DNA of 64,000 nucleotides from Promethearchaeota archaeon. Lineage in GTDB: Archaea > Asgardarchaeota > Lokiarchaeia > Sigyniarchaeales > SOKP01. Where the stretch lies: NCBI GenBank assembly GCA_019057865.1, contig JAHLWP010000001.1, positions 32,001-96,000 on the forward strand, in the 5' to 3' direction. Positions 28,543-38,666 of the stretch are shown in pieces. Made by a program: the position numbers and the translations under genes. The notes under the pieces were generated by a model. That model did not search any database, had not been told where the DNA came from, and worked only from the letters and a program-made list of their open reading frames with translations. Positions within the stretch are counted from its first letter, which is position 1, and each line of letters begins with the position of its first letter.

Positions 28543-29766
28543 CTAATTGTCAAAACTAAAAGGAGGAAATTTTCTTCTTTTATTAAAATCTTCTTTTAAT
28601 TTGGTCTTTAATTCATTAAATGGTTGAAGATTTCCTGAAAAGGATATCTCTGTTAATGGATTTATGTTTGCATCCAATAATTCCTCAACTTTTTCAATTT
28701 TTCCTAAATTACCTTCAGAGAGTAGATTTAAATAGTAATCATTCTGATATTTTCTGAAGGTAAGAAATCGGTATTTTTGAAAGCCTAATTTGACAGCAAT
28801 CCATCGAGGTATAGCACCAGTATTTCCTTGAGTATTGGCAGCAATAGCTTCAATTTTTGCCGTAAGCATAGATTCTTTCATTTCTAAATCTTCATTAGGA
28901 TCTTCATATTCTCCCGGGAATTCAATATTTAGCTCATCTCCGCTTAATAAAAGGGAAATTACACCAATGGACATGGAAGATAAGCCAAGATAATCAATTC
29001 TGATATTATCTTCTACATAACCAAGGTCCTCATCTCCAAATATTTCCTGCAATTTAAGATATTCTTCTAAAATAAATTTTGTCCTTCGTTTAAAATCCTT
29101 TTCAAGTTCAAATTTCTCAAATTTATCTAATTTTTCAACGTTTCTTCCTCCCACTAATTCTTTAAAATGGTTTGACATATGTTCTAAAATCCACTTACCC
29201 TTTTTATCAGGAAATTTCCCATAAACTAAATATATGATGTTATGTCTTTCATAAAATTGACATTTCTCTTTTTCATCCTTTTCTTCAGATATAAGAAGCA
29301 TTTTATCAAGATCTCCCCCTAAAATGCTAGTAGCTATATAATCTAAATTATTTGTCAATTCTAAAAGATAAATATAGTTTTGATTACTACAATAAAGTGG
29401 GGTTCTCTCAACTGAAGTAATACCGAGTAGTTTTATATATTCACCTTTAGTTAATTCAATTTTATTACTCTCTAAATTAATACCTAAAACTTTTTTTGGT
29501 TTAACTTTTACCTTACCTTTAAGTTTTGTAGATAGTGTATCAGTTTTAGTTTCGAATTGTTTAGGTTCAGTTTTTAACTGGACATCTTCTGAAATATAAT
29601 CATATAATTCAGCAAGAAACTTACCACATTTCGGACACATTGAATCCTTAGGATAAGGTTTTACAAGTTTATATCTACAGTACTGACATATAATCTCATC
29701 TTTTCTCTTATTTGGAGGAAATAATGCCTTTGGAATAAGTACCAACTCGCCGAAAAAATTAATCAA
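28543..29766 (-). CDS. Zn-ribbon plus probable longin-like domain protein
   Basis: CQYC...CPKC N-terminus; the longin-like call for the alpha/beta body is inference. Confidence 0.55.
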   Translation of the reverse strand: MINFFGELVLIPKALFPPNKRKDEIICQYCRYKLVKPYPKDSMCPKCGKFLAELYDYISEDVQLKTEPKQFETKTDTLSTKLKGKVKVKPKKVLGINLESNKIELTKGEYIKLLGITSVERTPLYCSNQNYIYLLELTNNLDYIATSILGGDLDKMLLISEEKDEKEKCQFYERHNIIYLVYGKFPDKKGKWILEHMSNHFKELVGGRNVEKLDKFEKFELEKDFKRRTKFILEEYLKLQEIFGDEDLGYVEDNIRIDYLGLSSMSIGVISLLLSGDELNIEFPGEYEDPNEDLEMKESMLTAKIEAIAANTQGNTGAIPRWIAVKLGFQKYRFLTFRKYQNDYYLNLLSEGNLGKIEKVEELLDANINPLTEISFSGNLQPFNELKTKLKEDFNKRRKFPPFSFDN

Positions 29767-29811
29767 TTTAAATTTAAGTAGGTAAAGTTTTAAATTTTTT
29801 GATTTTTAGGA

Positions 29812-30897
29812 TTATAAATACTTTTTTGTTATTTCATTAAAAGCCTTTAAAAATTTATCATTATCTTCTTTTTTACCAATTGTCATTCTAATATAGTTAT
29901 AAAGTCCTGGTTTACTAAAATGTCTTATAAGTATTTTCATCTCTTTTAGATCCCATATAAACTTTAATGTTTTAGACTCATCCTCAAATTTTATAAATAT
30001 AAAATTAGCATCTGAAGGTAGTACAGAAATTCCAGGATATTTATTTAGTTCCTCAGTTAATCTCTCTCTTTCTTCTATAATCTTTTCATTTTGTTCATAT
30101 ATTTTATTTCTATGCTTAATACATGATAATGCTGCAACTTGTCCTAAATAATTTGTATTATAAGGTAATTTAACTCTATTCATTTCTTTAATGATATTAG
30201 GATCTGCTAAAGCATATCCAATTCTTAAAGATGCAAGTGAGAAACTTTTTGAAAAGGTACGATTAACTATTAAATTTTTAACTTTTTTTAACAATGGTAA
30301 GCATGTTTCATCTGAGAAATCAGCATAGGCTTCATCTACAACAACGATACCTGGAAAACTCCCACAGAGTTTTAATATTGTCGCATTACCAAATGATTTA
30401 CCATTAGGATTGTTAGGTGAATTAATAAATAATAATTTTCCTTTTGCTGAAAAAGCAGATTCTGGTATTGAAAAATCATTATTTAATTTTATTTCATTAA
30501 TTTTTGCATTATAAAGCGTAGCTAATACCTTATATAACCCATATGTTGGATAAAAAATAACAATTTCATCACCAGGGTCAAGAAATACCTTAAAAATAAC
30601 ATCTAAAATCTCATCAGAACCATTACCAATAAAAATTGAATTTCTATTTGTTAAAGTATCTTTATCACTTAATAACACAGATAAAACCATCTTTCGAAGT
30701 TCAAATGATGTTGGATCGGGATAAAGTCTGATATTTTCATTTATAGATTTTTTAATATCATCTAAAATTTCCGGAAGAGGTGGATAGGGGTTTTCATTTG
30801 TATTTAATATAACCCAACCGTCATCAGTGGGTTGGTCTTCGGTTTCATAAGCAGAATAATTCTTAAGATTCGTTCTTACTAATTCATTTAAATCCAT
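29812..30897 (-). CDS. hisC: Histidinol-phosphate aminotransferase
   Basis: LNTNENPY, YPDP, GNGSDE, SPNNP, VDEAY, RTFSK..LASLRIGY and ANFI motifs. Confidence 0.92.
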   Translation of the reverse strand: MDLNELVRTNLKNYSAYETEDQPTDDGWVILNTNENPYPPLPEILDDIKKSINENIRLYPDPTSFELRKMVLSVLLSDKDTLTNRNSIFIGNGSDEILDVIFKVFLDPGDEIVIFYPTYGLYKVLATLYNAKINEIKLNNDFSIPESAFSAKGKLLFINSPNNPNGKSFGNATILKLCGSFPGIVVVDEAYADFSDETCLPLLKKVKNLIVNRTFSKSFSLASLRIGYALADPNIIKEMNRVKLPYNTNYLGQVAALSCIKHRNKIYEQNEKIIEERERLTEELNKYPGISVLPSDANFIFIKFEDESKTLKFIWDLKEMKILIRHFSKPGLYNYIRMTIGKKEDNDKFLKAFNEITKKYL

Positions 30898-31009
30898 ATT
30901 TATTACCCTTTGAAAATTTTGATTTCTTTTGAGAATATCTTAATAATTCAATAATTTATGCAAGAGAATAATATAATTTAATTTTTGTCTTTTGTTCTCT
31001 CTTAATCTT

Positions 31010-31975
31010 TCATTCAAAATATTCTTCTATTTTGTCATCCATGTTTAATATCAGAGCAATAGTTTGAGAAAGTTCATTATCAGAAATGTTGTCTTTATTA
31101 GATAATTTTCTCGCAAGTTCTTGATATTTTTTTTTTATTAAGGGAGATGATAAATTAGTGAGTTTTTGAGTAAAAGAATAAAGATTTAAATAAGCTTCAT
31201 TATAATCTCCTTCTTTTAGAGATTTATTTCCTAATTGATTTACTGCTTCTGTTAATAGTGTTTTAACTTTATTTAAGAAAAAATTTAACTTGATTTTTGT
31301 GTCTTCTATTTTTTTTCTTAAAATTTTCGCTTCATTCCTATACTTGATGGATCCATCATTATCTTTAACATTTTCAGAAATTTCAATTAATTTTTCAATT
31401 ATAGTTAATTTTTGAAAATAATTATTTACCCTTTTTAATCTGGAAATTAAATAGGCTCTCTCTTTGATCAAATTTAGTTTTGACTGTTCAGATGCTTCTC
31501 TTTTTTGTGAGGAGATCGACTTTAAAATTTTTTTAATACTAAAATCTTTGATTGATCCCGAACCAGATTCTCCTAGTAATTGTTTTTTTGAATGAATTAG
31601 ATCGGTTAACGGCTGATCTAAAATTAAAAACTCATTTACATCAGCACGCCATTCAATAAATAATTCTTTATGGTTTAGAATGATCTTAATAATCTTTGGA
31701 AAAAGTCTTTTTAGGAGTTTGTAATCTTCTTTGTTGGCAATTATTACTAAGTCTGAATTTGTCTCTGGAACTAATAATGTAAATATAATATAATCTCCTA
31801 ATTCAATCGTTCTTAATTCTTTTGAGCCCTCAAGTAAAATTTCTGAAATATATGATTTTATTGCAGAAAAGAAAGCACCGAACATTTCCATCTTTCCATC
31901 ACTAACATCTTGAAAGGTTTTATTATAAAGAACTAGCCCAGACTCTCTTTGATAAAGAATTAAGGAATAAATCAC
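31010..31975 (-). CDS. Longin-domain protein with helical C-terminus
   Basis: IYSLILY..SGLVLY..F...MFGAFFSAIKSYISE....ELRTIE longin pattern. Confidence 0.75.
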   Translation of the reverse strand: MIYSLILYQRESGLVLYNKTFQDVSDGKMEMFGAFFSAIKSYISEILLEGSKELRTIELGDYIIFTLLVPETNSDLVIIANKEDYKLLKRLFPKIIKIILNHKELFIEWRADVNEFLILDQPLTDLIHSKKQLLGESGSGSIKDFSIKKILKSISSQKREASEQSKLNLIKERAYLISRLKRVNNYFQKLTIIEKLIEISENVKDNDGSIKYRNEAKILRKKIEDTKIKLNFFLNKVKTLLTEAVNQLGNKSLKEGDYNEAYLNLYSFTQKLTNLSSPLIKKKYQELARKLSNKDNISDNELSQTIALILNMDDKIEEYFE

Positions 31976-32243
31976 GCTTAGATTTAAATGAAAATATAAA
32001 TAAAAATTTTTTTAAATTAGTTTTTGTTTTATATACGACAAAAGAATTGAATTTTAAGATTTCTTTCGCTTCTAAATTAGATTAGTAAAAACTTAGAAAA
32101 ATTGAAAAAAAAAACATTTTAAAATTTATATTTCTTAATTATGATTGAAAATTCGCTTAATGAAAACTCAATTTTTAAATTTATTAAAACTATTAATTTT
32201 ATATTAAGATAGTAACAACTAAAATACCTATAATTAAAGAGAG

Positions 32244-33095
32244 GTGTTCGCGGCGCCAAGTTTTGGGCTAATGTTCAACGTAGAGGAGGGAGGGGTAAGC
32301 ACTCCTATTGAATGGTCAAAAGAAAGTCTTACAGATGATCGTTCTGTTATAGTTTTAGACGAATCAAGTCAAGCGATTTGGTTATGGCATGGAGCAAAAC
32401 AAGGATTAGTAGCACGCCGAACTGCTTTAAGACAAGCTGAATCACTTAAGGGTCATGGTTATACAATGGGAAAAATCATTCTTGGACGAGACATAAAAAA
32501 TATATATGAAATCGATCAAAGGAAAATTGGTAGGGATCCAGATACAGACAAATTAAATACAGAATTTCAGAATGTATTTAATAGAAAATACAGGGAATTG
32601 GATAATTTTGTTGTATCTTTTGATATGAAAGAAGTGATAATGCCTGCTCTAAAACCAGCAGTAAAAGAAGAAATTAAACCAAAAGCTGTCCCAAAACCTA
32701 AACCTGAGCCTATTATCGCACCAGCAGTTTCAAAGCCCACTACTCCAGAGAGAAAAATTCAAGTGGCTTCCGAGTATGCTGCAGAAGAGGCAATGCCTTC
32801 TATAAAACCAAAAGAAAAATTAGAACCTACTGAGTTAGTTTCAAAAATGCAACTTGTAACTGATGCCAAAGTCGCATTTGTAATTAGTGGAATAATTGAT
32901 CATTTTGCTGATGTTTGGATTTCAAAAAAAGAGGATGGTAGTTTCGCAGTTGAGGAGATGAATGGACCTATTTGTAATTTTGCCATAAGAGAAGGAGGTA
33001 AAATTAATTTCAAGTCTGGTAGTTTTTCTGGAATTGATCTAAAAGTAAAAACCGCAATTCAAAGGAAATTTATAGAACTTACAAAACTATTATAA
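32244..33095 (+). CDS. Single gelsolin-domain protein with Pro-rich linker and extra C-terminal domain
   Basis: SLTDDRSVIVLD....IWLWHG......RRTALRQA gelsolin-repeat pattern; PKPKPEP linker. Confidence 0.7.
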   Translation: MFAAPSFGLMFNVEEGGVSTPIEWSKESLTDDRSVIVLDESSQAIWLWHGAKQGLVARRTALRQAESLKGHGYTMGKIILGRDIKNIYEIDQRKIGRDPDTDKLNTEFQNVFNRKYRELDNFVVSFDMKEVIMPALKPAVKEEIKPKAVPKPKPEPIIAPAVSKPTTPERKIQVASEYAAEEAMPSIKPKEKLEPTELVSKMQLVTDAKVAFVISGIIDHFADVWISKKEDGSFAVEEMNGPICNFAIREGGKINFKSGSFSGIDLKVKTAIQRKFIELTKLL

Positions 33096-33192
33096 TTTTT
33101 TTATTATTATTTTTTTTATATAGGATTTAATACCAGTTTTTATTCTTAATTCCAATTATTTAACTATAAAATAAATCTAAAATGAATTAAAT

Positions 33193-34950
33193 ATGAAATT
33201 CAATAGGCTAGCCCAGTTATTTTCAAAATTAGAAGGTACAACAAAAAGACTTGAAATGATAGATATTCTATCAGATTTTTTCAATGAAATTAAGGAAAAG
33301 AAAGATTTTGAAGATTTAGACAAAATTATATATCTATTACAAGGACAATTGGCTCCAAATATAAAGCAGTTTCCTAAAATAGGGCTTGCAGAAAAGATGA
33401 TTAACGAAGCAGTTTCATTGCATTCAGGTATAGATAAGAAAAAAGTTAAAGAAATTTTAATTAAGAAAGGAGATGTTGGAGCTACAGCCGAATTTATTTT
33501 ATCTAAAAAGAGGACACAAAAGTCTTTATTTGATTTTGAAAGTGAAAGTACAGACTTAAAGTCTTCTTTAGAGATTTCTGAACTATATTCATCTTTAAAA
33601 AAGATTGCATTAACTGAAGGTGCCGGTTCGCATGATATAAAACTAGGAATATTAAGAGGATTAATGAGAAAATGTTCTCCATTAGAAACTAAATATTTAT
33701 TGCGAATTATCACGTCTACATTGAGAGTGGGGGTTCAATCACCTACAATAATCGAAGGTTTAGCACTTGCTTTTACAAATCTGAAAGAAAATAAAGATTT
33801 CATTGAAAGAGCTTACACATTACATCCAGATCTAGGTGAGATCTCAAAAATATTGGCAGAGAAAGGTTTAGAAGAAGTAAAAAAGATTAATATAGAATAC
33901 GGAACGCCTATTCTTAGTATGCTTGCCTCACGGGAAATCTATACTGAATTCATTAATAGATTAGGAGTCCCGTTTGTTGCTGAACACAAATTGGATGGAG
34001 AGAGACTTCAAATCCATAAAACTGGTATGAATGTAATATTATTTTCCCGACGCTTATTAGATATTTCAGAACAATATCCTGATGTCTCTGAAGTCATTAG
34101 AGAAAATATTAAAACTGAAAATGTAATAATCGAAGGAGAAGTTGTAGCAATGGATATTTTTTATGAAAAAATGCTCCCTTTTCAAGTTTTAAGCCAAAGA
34201 AGACGAAAGTATGATATTGAAAATATCGCTAAAGAAGTTCCAGTATGTTTATTTATATTTGATCTTTTAAAATTTGGTGATGAATCATATGTTGATAAAC
34301 CTCTTCCAGAACGTAGGAAAAAACTTGAAGAAATTGTTGAAGAAAGAGATGAATTAAGGCTAGTTGAATCTATACTGATAAATTCAACTGATGAATTACT
34401 CGAATTCTTTAATAAAGCTAGAGAAGAAGGAACAGAAGGAATAATGGCAAAATCAATTAAGGAAGATTCCATTTATCAAGCAGGAAATCGTGGTTATAAA
34501 TGGCTTAAGTTAAAAAGTTTAGAAGGAGGGAAATTAAAAGATACTATTGATCTAGTCCTAATTGGTGCTTTTTATGGTAAGGGTCGAAGAACAGGGGTAT
34601 ATGGAACTTATATTGGTGCAGTTTATAACCCTGAGCATGATACTTTTATAGCTTTTACTCGTTTCTTTTCAGGAATAACTGATGAGTTATCTAAATTTTT
34701 AACAAGAGATATGGAAAAATACAAGGTTGAAAAAAAACCAAAAAATGTCATTTGTGAAGATAAACCTGATGTATGGTTAAAACCAGAAGTAGTAATGGAG
34801 ATAACTGGTGATGAGATAACGATTAGTGATAAATTTGCTACTTTAGGGTATTCTATGAGATTTCCAGTTTTTGAAAGAATGCGTCCTGAGAAAGGTCCAA
34901 AAGATATAACTACCGTGAATGAGATCAAAGAATTATATGAAACGCAATAA
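33193..34950 (+). CDS. lig: ATP-dependent DNA ligase
   Basis: EHKLDGER, IEGE, FDLL, EGIMAK, WLKLK and RFP motifs. Confidence 0.97.
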   Translation: MKFNRLAQLFSKLEGTTKRLEMIDILSDFFNEIKEKKDFEDLDKIIYLLQGQLAPNIKQFPKIGLAEKMINEAVSLHSGIDKKKVKEILIKKGDVGATAEFILSKKRTQKSLFDFESESTDLKSSLEISELYSSLKKIALTEGAGSHDIKLGILRGLMRKCSPLETKYLLRIITSTLRVGVQSPTIIEGLALAFTNLKENKDFIERAYTLHPDLGEISKILAEKGLEEVKKINIEYGTPILSMLASREIYTEFINRLGVPFVAEHKLDGERLQIHKTGMNVILFSRRLLDISEQYPDVSEVIRENIKTENVIIEGEVVAMDIFYEKMLPFQVLSQRRRKYDIENIAKEVPVCLFIFDLLKFGDESYVDKPLPERRKKLEEIVEERDELRLVESILINSTDELLEFFNKAREEGTEGIMAKSIKEDSIYQAGNRGYKWLKLKSLEGGKLKDTIDLVLIGAFYGKGRRTGVYGTYIGAVYNPEHDTFIAFTRFFSGITDELSKFLTRDMEKYKVEKKPKNVICEDKPDVWLKPEVVMEITGDEITISDKFATLGYSMRFPVFERMRPEKGPKDITTVNEIKELYETQ

Positions 34951-34975
34951 TTTCATTATCATAATATTGAAATTT

Positions 34976-36322
34976 TTAAAAATAGATTTTAGCCCCTTTT
35001 TCTTCAAGTTTATTTAATAATATTAAGGATTTAGTTAGATTATTTTCTGATAAATACAATTCTTTTAATTTAGTGAGATATTTAAGTGATTCTGGTAAAT
35101 TATTCAATCTATTTCTAGATAAATATAAATATTGTAGAGAAGTGAGATTTCCAATTTTATCTGGAATGCTATTTAATTTATTATCACTTAAGTTCAATAC
35201 TTTTAAAGATTTTAGGGAAGTAATTTCCTCAGGAATAGCTGTTAATTCATTTTTTTCTAAATCTAATACCTTAAGAGCAGTAAGTTTTCCTATTGAACTT
35301 GGAAGGTCTCTTATTTCATTCCAACTTAAGTTAAGGTCCTCTAATGATTTGAGACAACTTAATGTTTCTGGAAGATAATGCAATTTATTATCATGTAAAT
35401 TAAATTTTCTAAGTGAAGATAGATTACCAATAGTATCTGGCAATGCTTCTATCTGATTAAGTCTTAAGTTTATTCTTTCTAATTTAGAGAGAGAACCAAT
35501 ATTTTTAGGGAGCGTCCTAAGTTCATTTTTCCAGAGTAAAAACTCCTTTAGAGAAATAAGTGATCCTATTGCTTCTGGTAACATTTTAATATTATTTACA
35601 TTTAGATTTAAACTTTCAAGTGAAGTTAAATTACCAATCCATTCTGGAAGAGCTGTTAATTGATTATATCTAAAGATTAAGGTTTTTAATGATGAAAGAT
35701 ATTTAATAGGTTCTGGAATTTCAGTTAAACCTTTAAAAATGAAATCAAGTTCGATAAATTTACAATTTTCTATTTTAAATTTAAGCCGCCAGTAGGTTTT
35801 TTTTAATAATGACAATGTAAAATAGTTGATTAAAATTTCAGCTAACTCTTTACTAGTGAAATTTTCTATTGAGTTTACTTTAGATAATTGTTCAAGGCTA
35901 ATTCTAAATTCTCTTTCTCTAATTTTTTTAACTTCACTAAGTAATATTTGCTGATTATTTTCTACCATATTTTTTATGATTTTTATTAGAGTTGTATGGA
36001 TTATGTTTAAACAAGAAGGGGATTCTTCATGAATGAGTGCCCATTTCATTGGTTCTAATGCTCTATCGATATATAGATTTTTCAATATCAATGCAGCTGA
36101 ATTTCGTACTTTTTCGCTAGAATCAGAAATTAATAAATTTTCTAAGAATCTAAAAGATTTGTTATCATCAATTTTAATTTTTTCGAGCCCTTGTATACTC
36201 TCAACTCTTAATTTATCACTTTCACTGTTGTCTATTAAAGAAATTAATAATTTGGCAGCAGAGTGCTTATCTAAATTATTTTTTAGATATTCTTTGTGAA
36301 TTTTTGAGGGAGTTAATTCCAT
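34976..36322 (-). CDS. HEAT-repeat plus LRR protein
   Basis: Same N-terminal module as 24915-25883; about ten 23-aa LRRs (LPexIGxLxxL). Confidence 0.9.
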   Translation of the reverse strand: MELTPSKIHKEYLKNNLDKHSAAKLLISLIDNSESDKLRVESIQGLEKIKIDDNKSFRFLENLLISDSSEKVRNSAALILKNLYIDRALEPMKWALIHEESPSCLNIIHTTLIKIIKNMVENNQQILLSEVKKIREREFRISLEQLSKVNSIENFTSKELAEILINYFTLSLLKKTYWRLKFKIENCKFIELDFIFKGLTEIPEPIKYLSSLKTLIFRYNQLTALPEWIGNLTSLESLNLNVNNIKMLPEAIGSLISLKEFLLWKNELRTLPKNIGSLSKLERINLRLNQIEALPDTIGNLSSLRKFNLHDNKLHYLPETLSCLKSLEDLNLSWNEIRDLPSSIGKLTALKVLDLEKNELTAIPEEITSLKSLKVLNLSDNKLNSIPDKIGNLTSLQYLYLSRNRLNNLPESLKYLTKLKELYLSENNLTKSLILLNKLEEKGAKIYF

Positions 36323-36394
36323 TTTGAATTGAAAAATGAATAATTTTTTTTTATAAAATCATTTTAAGTATACTTAGAACTTTATCTATATACC

Positions 36395-38296
36395 TCAGAG
36401 ATACATCTCTAAAGACAGTTCTTTAATTTTTTCTTGCATAGGGATTCCTCTTATTTTATCCCATCCACGCTCATCATAGTAATCATCAAGTAATTGATTT
36501 GCAACTTCAGGTGTTATTATTGTTTCACCAAAAAAATCTTGGAATTTAAGGATATTTTCTCCAAATTTTAAAGGTTTAAACCATTCTTCTGGGAATTTAT
36601 CATCTTTTCGTGAAAATCCTTCTTTAATATTCATAATTTTTAATAAATTCCATGTTCTTTCAGCAGCTATTCTCAAATCATCTAATTGCATATTAAATCC
36701 AGTTACTGCATTATAAATATCGGTAACTAATTCTAAACCATAAAATCGATTCATCTGGGCTCTTGCACATAATCCTAAAGAGGTTAATACCGTGTACCAA
36801 TCTTCGGAATATCTTGTTAATCTTCCTACATTTACCACCATTTTTTTTAAGGGAGGAGTAAATAACCTTCCTATAGCAGAGTTAGGAACTCCCATTCGAT
36901 CAAAATGCATTTTAAATTTTCCTATTGACCCTCCAGCACCAAGATAGGTTGGAGAGCCCCCAGATGCAACATGAGCTCCTTTAGGGTTCACAACTTGTTC
37001 AAATTCCATAGTTCCAAGACGTAAAAGGCGAGGTTCGAAAATAATATCCAAGCCTTTTACAGTTAACATTTCGTTTTCAACTGATTTATATGTTTCAGCT
37101 AATCTTTTCCACCCATCAGCTAAGATATTTCCAAATCCTTTTCTATATACTATCATTTCTATTAATTGAACTAACGTTCGGTAATCGCTTTTCCACTCTA
37201 TTCCCGTATTCTCTTTTGTTAATATTCCTTTCTCATATAAATGAGTGCAAAACTTTAAGAGAGAGGTTATTGTTAATGAGTCTAATCCATATCTACTCAC
37301 TAAATCAAATGACTTTATAGCTTCATCATAAGTATTTAAATCATCAAGTGTGAACATTAAAAAAGGATTAATAACTGATGACGTATAATTTATCAAACCT
37401 TTAAAATTGCCTTCTTGGAGTTCAAGAATATCTTTATCACCCATAGGACATGAAGGGCATGCTATACGACGTTTCTTTAATTTTTTAAGATAAATTCTCT
37501 CACTACATTGTCTTGCCTTTTTATGCTGCCCTGAAGCCTTTAAGATCATTCCAACGGGCAAACTTCTTAACATTCCTAATTCATGCCATGATTCTCTTTG
37601 AGGATATTTCCTAATTCGTTCAAAAAGTTTTCTATATAATTGATTAAATTCTTTAGGATTTGCTATAGAAATCCCCCTACTTCCCTTCGTAACTATTGCT
37701 TTTAAATTTTTAGAACCCATAACTGCTCCAAGACCACCTCTACCAAAAGTAGATGTTTTATCAATTAAAGCCAAAGAACCATAAACTAAATTTTCACCTG
37801 CTTGGCCAATTGCTATAACTCCAGATTCAGAGTACTTCTTTTGCAAAAAATTAGTAGATTCTACGATATCTTTTCCCCAAATGTCACTCGCATCAATAAG
37901 TTCTATATGTTCGTTTAATATCACTAAATATACAAGGTCTTCAGCTTTACCAGAGATAATTATATGATCAAATCCAGAATGTTTTAAATTAAATCCAAAA
38001 CTCATACTTCCGCATGAATAGGCGATTGCCCCTGTTGTTGGGAACTTAGTTGAAGCAACTGTTCTGGAGGCACCTGGAGTGATTGTCCCAACTAAGGGAC
38101 CTGCTCCAATTATTATTACATTTTCAGACGATAATGGATCAATTTTGGGTTTAATTAAATCAGCTACGAGTTTAGTATTTATTCCAAGTCCTCCAATAAA
38201 TTGTTTAATATCATCAACATTTTGTTTAATAATAGATATTTTATCTACAGTTAAATCTATCTTAAGAATATTACCAGTATACCCTTTCCAGTCCAT
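36395..38296 (-). CDS. Tungsten-type aldehyde:ferredoxin oxidoreductase family protein
   Basis: GYTGNILKIDL, IGQAGENL, GRGGLGAVMGSKNLK, CPSCP and YYDERGWD motifs. Confidence 0.92.
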   Translation of the reverse strand: MDWKGYTGNILKIDLTVDKISIIKQNVDDIKQFIGGLGINTKLVADLIKPKIDPLSSENVIIIGAGPLVGTITPGASRTVASTKFPTTGAIAYSCGSMSFGFNLKHSGFDHIIISGKAEDLVYLVILNEHIELIDASDIWGKDIVESTNFLQKKYSESGVIAIGQAGENLVYGSLALIDKTSTFGRGGLGAVMGSKNLKAIVTKGSRGISIANPKEFNQLYRKLFERIRKYPQRESWHELGMLRSLPVGMILKASGQHKKARQCSERIYLKKLKKRRIACPSCPMGDKDILELQEGNFKGLINYTSSVINPFLMFTLDDLNTYDEAIKSFDLVSRYGLDSLTITSLLKFCTHLYEKGILTKENTGIEWKSDYRTLVQLIEMIVYRKGFGNILADGWKRLAETYKSVENEMLTVKGLDIIFEPRLLRLGTMEFEQVVNPKGAHVASGGSPTYLGAGGSIGKFKMHFDRMGVPNSAIGRLFTPPLKKMVVNVGRLTRYSEDWYTVLTSLGLCARAQMNRFYGLELVTDIYNAVTGFNMQLDDLRIAAERTWNLLKIMNIKEGFSRKDDKFPEEWFKPLKFGENILKFQDFFGETIITPEVANQLLDDYYDERGWDKIRGIPMQEKIKELSLEMYL

Positions 38297-38541
38297 TAAT
38301 CAACAACCTCCTTATATTCCAATGCACCATAAAGACAATGTTGAGCACACTGCCCACAGTGAAGGCAACTTTCTAAAAAAGAAATTTTTGGAGATAATCC
38401 ATATTTATTTTCAATTATTATATTTGCTTCATAAGGATTAAATTGCTTTTTATTTATATAAGAGCACCATAATTGGCAAATAATACAATCTGTACACCTA
38501 TCCTCATTTACTATAATCTCAACATATTTTTTTTTTACCAA
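38296..38541 (-). CDS. 4Fe-4S ferredoxin (AOR partner)
   Basis: CTDCIICQLWC and CLHCGQCAQHC; overlaps the AOR start. Confidence 0.85.
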   Translation of the reverse strand: MVKKKYVEIIVNEDRCTDCIICQLWCSYINKKQFNPYEANIIIENKYGLSPKISFLESCLHCGQCAQHCLYGALEYKEVVD

Positions 38542-38666
38542 GATGATTCAAATCTTAAAAGGTATTAAGGATTTTATATATTAATTGAAAAAATTGAAAT
38601 AATGAATTATAATTAAATTTTTATGCTTATAAAATTTTATTTTAGCCAATATTTAAGTAAATTAAA

